Source: Bauldia litoralis
GTDB lineage: Bacteria; Pseudomonadota; Alphaproteobacteria; Rhizobiales; Kaistiaceae
NCBI GenBank assembly: GCA_945882315.1
Contig: CAMCWB010000001.1
Location: 1,560 to 65,559, forward strand
Direction: 5' to 3'
DNA length: 64,000 bases
Each line of letters begins with the position of its first letter. Positions within the stretch are counted from its first letter, which is position 1. The position numbers and the translations under genes were made by a program. A model generated the notes under the pieces. That model saw nothing but the letters and a program-made list of their open reading frames with translations, ran no database searches and had not been told where the DNA came from. Shown here one piece after another: positions 7,733 through 16,101 of the stretch.

Positions 7733-8347
7733 CTACGAGGCGGCTCGCGCCGCCTTCGGCAAGCTCAGGCACGATGCCGCGCTTTTCTCACCGATGACGG
7801 CCACAACCTGGCTAATCCGATCCGGCGGAACGCGCATCCGGGCCTTTTGTAGAGCGCCGAGCACGGCGTCTACATGGCCTCGCTGCCCCAGGGCGCGGAC
7901 CACGGCTTCATGCAGAAGCAATTGGACCGTCGAAACCACCAGCATGTCAGGAAACCTGTCCGCGCACAGGTTCATGGCCTTGCGCTCGTCGATAAGCGCG
8001 ATTCCGCCGACCTCGTGCGCATAGCCTATGGTTGCCGCTTCGCCGTCGTCTAGCGTGCGCAGGGCAGAGCCGTCGATCAGCGCTTCGTAAACTCTGCCCC
8101 CATTATCCCCAAGGCCGACAAGGTCTATAACACCGGCGTCGATCAGCGTTTGAAGGGCACGGGCATCGTCATGTCCGTTACGCATTCCGCCGACCAGTTC
8201 CGCCAGCGCGTTCGCCGTTACAGCCCATCTATTCGGAAAGGCCGTGATGATGGCGCGCGCGCATCCGGTGGCGTTGAGATTGATCACGACGCTGGCATCA
8301 GCCACGAGAACAGGACGAGGATCAGTGAGGAAGTTTGACGAGCTCAT
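7733..8347 (-). CDS. PIN-like nuclease domain protein
   Basis: ORF 7733..8380; the first ATG is at 8347, preceded by GGAGG. Conserved acidic positions are VLVADASVVINL, ALAELV, DDGEAATIGYA and LIDERKA. It overlaps the upstream gene's stop (8322) by 26 nt. Confidence 0.6.
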   Translation of the reverse strand: MSSSNFLTDPRPVLVADASVVINLNATGCARAIITAFPNRWAVTANALAELVGGMRNGHDDARALQTLIDAGVIDLVGLGDNGGRVYEALIDGSALRTLDDGEAATIGYAHEVGGIALIDERKAMNLCADRFPDMLVVSTVQLLLHEAVVRALGQRGHVDAVLGALQKARMRVPPDRISQVVAVIGEKSAASCLSLPKAARAAS

Positions 8348-9503
8348 TCGCTTCGCTTTCCTCCATTTCCGCGCCGTCAAGAACCTCTCTCATGTCATGC
8401 CGGTCGAGGTGCAGCAGGCGAGCGAGCTGACCTTCGCTATAAAAGCCGCGCTTCCACGTCTCGCGCGCGAGTAGGGCAAGGCGCGGCGGCACGAAGCCCT
8501 GCGCCTCAACGGCGTTCAGGCTACGATCTGGCAGTTCGCCCAGCACCCGCCGTGCCTGCTCGTTGGTGATACCGCCGTTGTTCTGGAACCAGTCCCACGT
8601 CCCGCTGTTGGCAAGAGACAAGTCCTCTAACCGGCGCACGATGGCCTCTCGCGCCAGCCCGAAATCATGTGCGAGCAGGATGATGTGGCGGCGCGTCAGG
8701 TGCGATTGTCCCGCCGTGATTTCTGCAAAGCGTTGCCGCACAGCGCGTGCGGGCGCGAGAAATGAAGGAGCGAAGGCCTTGGCATAGCGCTCCTCCCGCG
8801 ATGAAAACTTCTCATCCTCGGTCAGGGCCTCGGGCTGGCGGCGCGCCGATATGAAATGCGCCAGCTCGTGAATGCCCGTCTGCCGGAAACGTTCAGACGG
8901 ATGGCTTGCATTGAGAAGAATGCACGCACCAACCGCATCGTCATAAGCGAACAGACCCGACACTCTTCCATCAAGCCGCCGCACATAGACGCGGATGCCG
9001 AGCTGATCGAGGATGGACACGATATCAAGCACCGGGCCTGGACCAAGGCCCAGCCAGTCGCGCAACTCCTGCGCATCCTGTTCGGCTTGCGCGCGCACAT
9101 CGCCCGGGAGGATAGGACGCTCCGGCGGGTAGTTGCGGGCGCGCTTTATACCGAGCGCGTTTTCAAGCTCGACCTCGGCGCGGACAAGGTCATTCAGAAG
9201 GCGGGCTGCATTCTCAATGGCATCGCCGCCGCTTTGCGGGAGCTTCCGAAAACGCGGCACCATGTCGAGATGCACGGCTTCCCGCCGCAGGATGGCATTC
9301 GCTGAAGTGCGATAGAGGGTCGCGAGCTTTTGCAGTTCATCCATCCGCACGCGCCGCTGGCCTTTTTCAATCGCGACGATGGTCGTGCGCGCGACGTCGA
9401 TGGCTTCCGCCGCCGCCGACTGCGTGAATTTCTCACCCTCGCGGGCAACCCGCAGCCGCTCGCCGATCTCTAGGTCCGATAATTTCTCAGCATTCTCGGT
9501 CAT
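8322..9503 (-). CDS. XRE-family HTH fused to ImmA/IrrE (COG2856, M78-like) zinc metallopeptidase
   Basis: ORF 8322..9503. N-terminal HTH is IGERLRVAREGEKFTQSAAAEAIDVARTTIVAIEKGQRRV. The HExxH motif is IHELAHF. The start overlaps the upstream stop as ATGA (9500-9503). Confidence 0.85.
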   Translation of the reverse strand: MTENAEKLSDLEIGERLRVAREGEKFTQSAAAEAIDVARTTIVAIEKGQRRVRMDELQKLATLYRTSANAILRREAVHLDMVPRFRKLPQSGGDAIENAARLLNDLVRAEVELENALGIKRARNYPPERPILPGDVRAQAEQDAQELRDWLGLGPGPVLDIVSILDQLGIRVYVRRLDGRVSGLFAYDDAVGACILLNASHPSERFRQTGIHELAHFISARRQPEALTEDEKFSSREERYAKAFAPSFLAPARAVRQRFAEITAGQSHLTRRHIILLAHDFGLAREAIVRRLEDLSLANSGTWDWFQNNGGITNEQARRVLGELPDRSLNAVEAQGFVPPRLALLARETWKRGFYSEGQLARLLHLDRHDMREVLDGAEMEESEANELVKLPH

Positions 9504-10874
9504 TGTTCAGTCCGCGCCCATTGTCTTACGAACGAGTGCGCTCCTAGCGAATTCATGTAGGACTTCCATTCTTCTGCGTGCTTGGTGAGCAGGGCAGCGA
9601 GCCGGTCGCACGCCTCCTGCGGGCCCAGCCCGAGAGCTGGCCCCAGTGTTGCCGCGTGACGGGTGACTTCGGACCTCTGTTCCGCCGTCGCCATGTCCGC
9701 GAGGTGGTCCATGTGGAGGATACCGGCCAGTGCGTATTCGCGGAATGCGCCCCCCGTTTTCGTGAAACCCGGTTCAACGGCGGCATCCAGCGTGGCTGCC
9801 GTCATGTCTGAACAGATGTACGTTTCTGGCGGCTCGGTCAGGCCAGCGGCGTGAACGCTGACGCGTCGTAGCATGCAGGCGGCACAGACGCCGCATTGCC
9901 GCTGCTTCCCGTTGATCGAACTCCACTGGTTGTTGCGCCAGCAGGATTTCGTCTTGCGCCAGGTGTCGGTACTGTCGATCGCCACATACGCGCGCAGCGT
10001 CTCGCCTTTGGTGTTCCAGATGCGGGGGGAAGACGTAGCTGACGTCCTTGTCGAGCAAGGCTTTCAGGAAACGCTCCATGCGCCGCGTGAAGCACGGGTG
10101 GTTACGGAAGTCGGGGTAGGCGTGGCCCACCGTCAACAGGGCGGGGCCGACAGCGCCTTGGCCGCTCTCGGGAATCACGATCTCGATGGCGTCGGTCAGA
10201 TAGGCCGCAATGCCGCTGATGAGGGCGAACTTGAATCCGCGCGTACGAGCGCTGGTTTCCCGGTTCGGCATGTCTGACGACACATCATAAGGCACGGCGG
10301 TGAAGGGCTCGCGTTTGCCCTTCTCGCGCGGGCGGTCCGCCGTCATCGTGCCGACACGGACACGGACGAGCTTTTCGCCCAGCGTTGCGCCGACGAGCCC
10401 AGCGACCGCGCGCGAGTCCATGCCGTTGCTGAACGCAAGGATGGCCTGCGTCGGCACGGTCAGGGCAAGCATGCCCAGCGACAGGGCGGGTTCAGGCATA
10501 GTGCGTTTTACAAAGCTGATGGCCCAGACATCGCCGGTCAGGAATCCGAGCGCATCATGCAAGGCACTTGAAACGTCCGGCGCGCTCCAGCGCGCCGGAT
10601 CGTGGACGGGAATGCGCAGGGTCAGGCGACGCCCCCAGCCATGCGGGGGGCATTTGACGATCTTGTCGGCATATTCGACGGCTGCTGCGACAACGAGCGC
10701 ATCGTGAGTCACGGGTTCCCACCGCGCGAACCCGAAGGATTCGAGCGCTGCCGTCGAGAAGCTGACATCTCTGCCGAGGTCGAAGGCGATGTGGTCCTTA
10801 CGGGCACGGCGGCCCGGTTCGACGACGTCGATGTCCTTCGCGGGCATCCGCATGAAATAGGGTTCCGCGTTCAT
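9500..10874 (-). pseudogene. QueC-like PP-loop ATPase (about 457 aa if repaired) interrupted by a +1 frameshift in a G6/C6 run
   Basis: ORFs 9774..10874 and 9500..9985 are two frames of one gene. The PP-loop variant is AFSNGMDSRAV. The C-terminal Cys cluster is KSCW...QCGVCAACMLRR. Removing one C at 10024-10029 joins ...VSYVFP to RIWNTKGETLRAYVAIDSTDTW.... Confidence 0.75.
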
Positions 10875-11431
10875 AGGGTCGGCCCTTCATCAAGGCCGGT
10901 ATGGCGGGGCAAGTGCGCCGCGCCGCGCGGCGATTGCCCGCCAGACATGAATCTGGAAGCGATAGATTTGAAATCGCATTGCTGGCGCGCGGCATCGAGC
11001 CGGTCGCGCACGTACTGCGCGCTGCGCGCGCTGGCCTCGCGGTGGTAATGCTCCTCGACGCTGCGAAATTGGCTCCGCACTTGCGCTTCGCAGGCAGTCT
11101 CCAGCGGAGCCCGGTAGGCGGCTTCGCCGATCAGACCCCCGCTGACGGCCTGGATGGCGCAGTCGATGACAACATTGCATGCCGCCGAACGCGTGCTCGC
11201 CTGCCGGACAGCTTCCAGCCGTTCGATCTCGTTGTTAGCGAAAAGGGAGCCTTGATCGCCACTGAGGATGTCCCGGATCGCGGCGAGCGGCGCTTCACGC
11301 AAATCCTTTTGCAGGGCAACCGGCAAAGCTTCACAGACCTCATCCGCGGAATAAGCGGCCTTCGCTGCCCGCTCCACGAGGTTTCTCCAGTGCCGCCGCA
11401 TCGGCAGACTTCTATGAGGCCCGTCACTCAT
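10871..11431 (-). CDS. Hypothetical, apparently alpha-helical protein (186 aa), first gene of the operon
   Basis: ORF 10871..11431. Its stop overlaps the QueC-like start as ATGA (10871-10874). No motif recognised. Confidence 0.6.
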   Translation of the reverse strand: MSDGPHRSLPMRRHWRNLVERAAKAAYSADEVCEALPVALQKDLREAPLAAIRDILSGDQGSLFANNEIERLEAVRQASTRSAACNVVIDCAIQAVSGGLIGEAAYRAPLETACEAQVRSQFRSVEEHYHREASARSAQYVRDRLDAARQQCDFKSIASRFMSGGQSPRGAAHLPRHTGLDEGPTL

Positions 11432-11443
11432 GGCGATTCTCCA

Positions 11444-11479
11444 TGTCAGAAATATATCTACAAAATACTGACAATGTCA
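11444..11479. promoter_or_regulatory. Candidate operator: TGTCAG-N18-CTGACA plus adjacent TGTCA half-site in an AT-rich promoter region
   Basis: Half-sites at 11444-11449, 11468-11473 and 11475-11479, starting 13 nt upstream of the ATG at 11431 of the minus-strand operon, which encodes an XRE HTH protein. Confidence 0.35.
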
Positions 11480-11787
11480 AATTTAAACGCGGGGCGGACG
11501 CGGGGTGGTTTGAATGAGGCCGTCGTTGCTAAGGCCGGCTATGCGTTTTGGCAGTCTTTCAACCTCGGGTCGCCGCCGTTCCTCGCCGCGCAGCGGGCTT
11601 GAGTTGCGCATACGGGCCGATGCGCGGGGAAGAGATAATGTTCAGTATTGCAGGCTTTACCTTCTTTAGTGTTCATGAATGCGAACGTTAATTGCAAAGA
11701 GCGGTCGAGGCTGAGGTTTTTGGGCTGCTTGCCTTATGTTCATAATTGTGTACGCTAAAAGACTTATTGACCAGCAATGTGAACGCT

Positions 11788-12129
11788 ATGGAAAAGACCA
11801 ACTCTTATGACCTGCCGCTTCCCGTTCGCCGTGCCTTGCGCAAGCTGGGGCAGGATATCCGCGACGCGCGGCGGCGGCGGCGGATTCCGTCCGTCGTTCT
11901 GGCGCAGCGCGCCTCCATAAGCCGGACCACCCTGGTCAAGGTCGAGAAGGGGGAGGCAGGCGTATCCCTCGGGATTTATGCCACGGTTCTGTTCGTTCTT
12001 GGTCTGGTCGACCGCTTGTCCATCCTCGCTGATGTCCGGCACGACGCGCGCGGGCTGGAGCTTGAAGAAGAGCATCTGCCCCAACGCATCCGTCGGCCCA
12101 AGTCAGCGCCCTCCCAGGAGCGCAGCTGA
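11788..12129 (+). CDS. hipB: HipB-like XRE-family antitoxin
   Basis: ORF 11746..12129 (TTG); I prefer ATG 11788. HTH is RRIPSVVLAQRASISRTTLVKVEKGEAGV. The stop overlaps the hipA ATG (TGATG at 12127-12131). Confidence 0.8.
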   Translation: MEKTNSYDLPLPVRRALRKLGQDIRDARRRRRIPSVVLAQRASISRTTLVKVEKGEAGVSLGIYATVLFVLGLVDRLSILADVRHDARGLELEEEHLPQRIRRPKSAPSQERS

Positions 12130-13388
12130 TGGACCGCGAAGCTCTTGTCCATGCCGACCTGAATGGAGAGCCGCATCTTGTCGGCCATCTGTGGGCTCAT
12201 ATGCGGAAGAACCGCGAAAGTGCCACCTTCGAGTACGCACGCTCGTGGCTCGACAGCCCTAGCCGGTTTGCCCTTGAGCCAGCCTTGCAGCTTGGGCAGG
12301 GCGCTTTCCATACCGCTGCCGATCGATTGCTTTTCGGCTCGATTGGCGACTCCGCGCCGGATCGTTGGGGGCGCGTGCTGATGCGCCGCGCCGAACGCCG
12401 CCGCGCCGACAAAGCGGGGGAGGCACCCCGGACCCTGCGTGAAATCGACTATCTGCTGGCCGTGGATGATGAAGCACGGCAGGGCGCGTTGCGGTTCACC
12501 GGGGAGGACGGCGGTCCCTTTCTCGCCGATCATCAGGACGCCACGCGCATCCCGCCGCTGATTGAGCTGCCCCGTCTTCTGGCCGCCGCCGAGCGCATCG
12601 TCGATGACAATGACGACGATGATGAAGACCTGCGCCTGTTACTGGCACCGGGCTCGTCACTGGGAGGAGCGCGTCCCAAAGCGTCCGTCCGCGATGAAAA
12701 CAGGCGACTGGTCATCGCCAAATTCCCTCACAAGGAGGATGAGTTCAACACGGTTGCCTGGGAAGCTGTCGCTTTGAACCTGTCAGCCAAGGCGGGAATC
12801 CGGACAGCCGCCTTCCGCTACGAGCATATCGCCGGGAAGCCCGTGCTTCTGCTCCAGCGCTTCGATCGCGATGGGAACACGCGGATTCCGTTCCTGTCCG
12901 CCATGAGCATGCTGGGCGCAAAGGATGGAGAGACGCATAGCTATCTCGAAATTGTCGACGCCCTGCGGCAAAGCGGAGCAAGGCCGAAGGAGGACATGCA
13001 CGAGCTGTGGCGCAGGATCGTGTTCACCGTCCTGATTTCAAATGTCGACGATCATATGCGCAACCATGGCTTCCTCTACACGGGGCAGGACGGGTGGGTT
13101 CTCTCGCCCGCCTACGATCTCAACCCCATGCCGGTGGACGTAAAGCCGCGCGTACTTTCAACCGCGATTGATCTCGACGATCAGACGGCGTCGCTGGACC
13201 TTGCTCTGTCCGTCGCCGGTTACTTTGAGCTGAAAGCCCCGGCGGCGCGGGCGATAGCCGCCGAAGTTGCCGTGGCCGTGGCAGGCTGGCGAGACGAAGC
13301 CGCCCGCATCGGTCTGACGAAAAGGGAATGCGACCGGATGGCCTCGGCGTTCGAGCACGAAGACCTGCAAGCGGTCCTGAAGCCGTAG
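12129..13388 (+). CDS. hipA: HipA-family serine/threonine kinase toxin
   Basis: ORF 12129..13388. Motifs GSSLGGARPKASV and NVDDHMRNHGFL, with a HipA N-terminal coupling region. Confidence 0.9.
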   Translation: MDREALVHADLNGEPHLVGHLWAHMRKNRESATFEYARSWLDSPSRFALEPALQLGQGAFHTAADRLLFGSIGDSAPDRWGRVLMRRAERRRADKAGEAPRTLREIDYLLAVDDEARQGALRFTGEDGGPFLADHQDATRIPPLIELPRLLAAAERIVDDNDDDDEDLRLLLAPGSSLGGARPKASVRDENRRLVIAKFPHKEDEFNTVAWEAVALNLSAKAGIRTAAFRYEHIAGKPVLLLQRFDRDGNTRIPFLSAMSMLGAKDGETHSYLEIVDALRQSGARPKEDMHELWRRIVFTVLISNVDDHMRNHGFLYTGQDGWVLSPAYDLNPMPVDVKPRVLSTAIDLDDQTASLDLALSVAGYFELKAPAARAIAAEVAVAVAGWRDEAARIGLTKRECDRMASAFEHEDLQAVLKP

Positions 13389-13496
13389 GAGATAGCAAGC
13401 TGCGCGCGGCATGTGGACGTGGGTTTAACAAGCACGCGACGATTTGGGAGATGCTTCCAGCCGATCAAGACGCTGGCCGATTGGTCGACAGCATCC

Positions 13497-13841
13497 TCAA
13501 AAGCGTGCTGCCATTCCCGGCTGATCTCGGGCTCTGATCGACACCGCGCCCGCGACCAACACATCTATGATCTGTTCAAGCCGGGAATAGTCGTAGCTGC
13601 TTTCGCGCTGGCGCTGCCGTAGGAAGACGCGCATGTAGCGCGTCTTCCCCTCAAGCTCGCCCTGATAAGCGCCGATGGCTTGATTGTAGCCCGTCCAACG
13701 GACCTGCGCCCTTTCATCCAGATCAAGGAAGCACTCAATCGCGGCTGCCCGCCCGTTGACGTCGCTGGCGCGTTCGCCATCCGGGCCGACAGTCGGAAAT
13801 GCCGCGAATTCAGGAAGGTTTGGAAGACTGAGGATTCGCAT
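13497..13841 (-). CDS. Hypothetical protein (114 aa), possibly a fragment
   Basis: Within ORF 13497..14042 only the part from ATG 13841 looks like protein (MRILSLPNLPEFAAFPTVGPDGERASDVNGRAAAIECFLDLDERAQVRWTGYNQ...). No family recognised. Confidence 0.35.
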   Translation of the reverse strand: MRILSLPNLPEFAAFPTVGPDGERASDVNGRAAAIECFLDLDERAQVRWTGYNQAIGAYQGELEGKTRYMRVFLRQRQRESSYDYSRLEQIIDVLVAGAVSIRARDQPGMAARF

Positions 13842-13912
13842 ATTGGCTGGAACGTTGAGTCTTCGAATGGACGCGCGAGCGGAAGGCCGTCGACCGGCGC
13901 GGTGCCGGTCCG

Positions 13913-14938
13913 ATGAATGCCTCGATCTTCGGCCGCGGCGCCGGCGAGGGCTTCGGCGTCCAAATCTGCACCGGCCCGATGCATGTCCAGGGCGCCGAGC
14001 CGGGGGACATCCTGGAAGTCGAGATCCTCGACATCCATCCACGCCCCTCGGCGAAATACCCGGGCAAGTCCTTCGCCTCGAACGCGTCGGCCTGGTGGGG
14101 TTTCCAGTATCACGACCTGCTCGAGCAGGAGGCGAAGCGCGAGACCGTAACCATTTACGAGATCGACCTCGCCGATCCGTCCTTCGCCACCGCGCTTTAT
14201 TCCTATGAATGGACGCCGCAGACCGATCCCTTCGGCATCGTCCACCGGACCATGGATTATCCCGGCGTGCCGGTCGACCATGCCTCGGTCAGCAAGCGCG
14301 AACGCGTCCTCGACGGCATCCGCATTCCGGCCCGTCCGCATTTCGGCTTCATCGCCGTAGCGCCGCGCGAGGCCGATATCGTCGACACGATCCCACCCGG
14401 CTATTTCGGCGGCAATATCGACAATTGGCGGCTGGGCGCCGGTGCGCGGCTCTATCTGCCGGTGGCGGTCGAGGGCGCACTGCTCTCGCTCGGCGACGGC
14501 CATTTCGCCCAGGCCGACGGCGAGATCAACGGCACCGGCCTCGAATGCTCGCTGACCGGTACGATCCGCATCCGCTTGCACAAGGCCGGCGCCGACGCGC
14601 TGCCGCACCACCGCGGCCTCAACGGCCCGCTGATCGAGACGCCGACCCACTGGGTCGTGCAGAGCTTCAGCTATCCCAATTATTTCCGCGAGCTCGGCAA
14701 GAACGCCCAGTCGGAGGTCTATCAGCGCTCCACCGTCGACCTGGCGCTCCGCAACGCCTTCCGCCAGGCGCGGCGCTTCCTCATGGATGTCTATGACCTG
14801 CGCGAGGACGAGGCATTGACGCTGATGTCGCTGGCCGTCGATTTCGGCGTTACCCAGGTCGCCGACGGCAATTTCGGCGTGCATGCCACGATCGACAAGT
14901 CGATCTTCGCCGGGCGCATCGCCCCTGAAGCCGAATAA
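13913..14938 (+). CDS. Acetamidase/formamidase (FmdA_AmiF) family protein, possibly 5-prime truncated
   Basis: ORF 13913..14938. The GPMHVQGAEPGDILEVEILDI motif sits only about 20 residues from the start. An in-frame stop at 13856-13858 prevents any longer N-terminus. Confidence 0.8.
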   Translation: MNASIFGRGAGEGFGVQICTGPMHVQGAEPGDILEVEILDIHPRPSAKYPGKSFASNASAWWGFQYHDLLEQEAKRETVTIYEIDLADPSFATALYSYEWTPQTDPFGIVHRTMDYPGVPVDHASVSKRERVLDGIRIPARPHFGFIAVAPREADIVDTIPPGYFGGNIDNWRLGAGARLYLPVAVEGALLSLGDGHFAQADGEINGTGLECSLTGTIRIRLHKAGADALPHHRGLNGPLIETPTHWVVQSFSYPNYFRELGKNAQSEVYQRSTVDLALRNAFRQARRFLMDVYDLREDEALTLMSLAVDFGVTQVADGNFGVHATIDKSIFAGRIAPEAE

Positions 14939-15010
14939 GAAGATCGCTTAGCCGCCTTCATCCTATTGTCAAAATGCTAGTGTTAGCGTCGCCGTCCCCG
15001 GGATGAGACG

Positions 15011-15496
15011 ATGCCAGACACCGAAACGATGAATGAATACGCGCCGCCGCCAGGCGACAGCAGACGCCGCGCCGCGCTCGCCGTGCTTGTCCGCGCCGAC
15101 GCGAGGGAATTGGCTACCGCCTGGAACGCGTTGTCGCCGCAGCCCTCTTTCGAAACCGTGCGCCGGCCGGAAACCGGCCTCGTCATGGCGCGCGGCCGTA
15201 TCGGCGGCGGCGGTGCAGCCTTCAATTTCGGCGAGGTCACGGTAACCCGCTGCGCCGTGAAGATGGCCAGCGGCGAAGTCGGCTTCGGCCATGTGCTCGG
15301 GCGCGACCTGAAGCGCGCCGAGCTCGTCGCCTGCTTCGATGCGCTGCTCCAGAGCGACCGCTATCGCGCCTATGTCGAGGAAAAGCTTCTCGGCCCCGTC
15401 GCGGCCCGTGCCGCGGCGGAGGACGAACTGAAGCGCAGACAGACGGCCGCGACGCGCGTCAACTTCTTCACCATGGTCCGGGGAGACGACGAATGA
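15011..15496 (+). CDS. phnG: C-P lyase core complex subunit PhnG
   Basis: ORF 15011..15496. Assigned by position and size at the head of the phnGHIJ run, with ATGA overlap to phnH. Confidence 0.9.
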   Translation: MPDTETMNEYAPPPGDSRRRAALAVLVRADARELATAWNALSPQPSFETVRRPETGLVMARGRIGGGGAAFNFGEVTVTRCAVKMASGEVGFGHVLGRDLKRAELVACFDALLQSDRYRAYVEEKLLGPVAARAAAEDELKRRQTAATRVNFFTMVRGDDE

Positions 15497-16101
15497 TCGC
15501 CCCGGAAATCCTGACCGGCGGCTTCAGCGAGCCGGTTTTCCAGTCGCAGGCGGTCTTCCGCCAGGTTCTCGACGCCTTCGCGCGGCCGGGGAGGGTGGTC
15601 GCGATGCCCTCCGTCGTCACCGCGCCCTCGCCGCTCTTCACGCCGACGGCAGCCTTCCTCTGCACTTTCGCCGATGAGGCGACGCCGGTCCATTTCGAGG
15701 CCGGCCTTGCCGGTGGCGCGGCCGCCGCCTGGGTGACGTTTCATACCGGCGCGCCGCTCGCCGAGCGCCCTGACCTTGCCCAGTTCGCCATCGTCACCGA
15801 TCCGCTGGCTTTGCCGGATTTAGAGACTTTTGCGCTGGGGACGCAGGAATATCCCGACCGCTCGACGACCATCGTCATCCAGGTCGAGAGCCTCTTCGGC
15901 GGCGACAGGTTCCGCCTCGAAGGGCCGGGCATCGACGGCGCTGCCGAGGCGAGCCCGGCGCCGACGCCGCGGAATTTCCTGCCGGCATTGGCGCGGAACC
16001 GGATGCTTTTCCCGCGCGGCGTCGATCTCGTGTTGGCCGCGCCCGACGCCATTCTGGCATTGCCGCGCTCGACGCGCGTCACCGCGCTGCGGGGGGCATA
16101 A
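15493..16101 (+). CDS. phnH: C-P lyase core complex subunit PhnH
   Basis: ORF 15493..16101. GFSEPVFQSQAVFRQVLDAFARPG is the typical PhnH N-terminus. Confidence 0.9.
   Translation: MIAPEILTGGFSEPVFQSQAVFRQVLDAFARPGRVVAMPSVVTAPSPLFTPTAAFLCTFADEATPVHFEAGLAGGAAAAWVTFHTGAPLAERPDLAQFAIVTDPLALPDLETFALGTQEYPDRSTTIVIQVESLFGGDRFRLEGPGIDGAAEASPAPTPRNFLPALARNRMLFPRGVDLVLAAPDAILALPRSTRVTALRGA

Noticed and set aside
13851-13880. GAGTCTTCGAATGGACGCGCGAGCGG as a second copy of the tRNA T-arm/acceptor (a partner att repeat at the island's right edge)
   Set aside because: Only the TTCGAAT core and scattered bases match. It is too short and degenerate to distinguish from chance.
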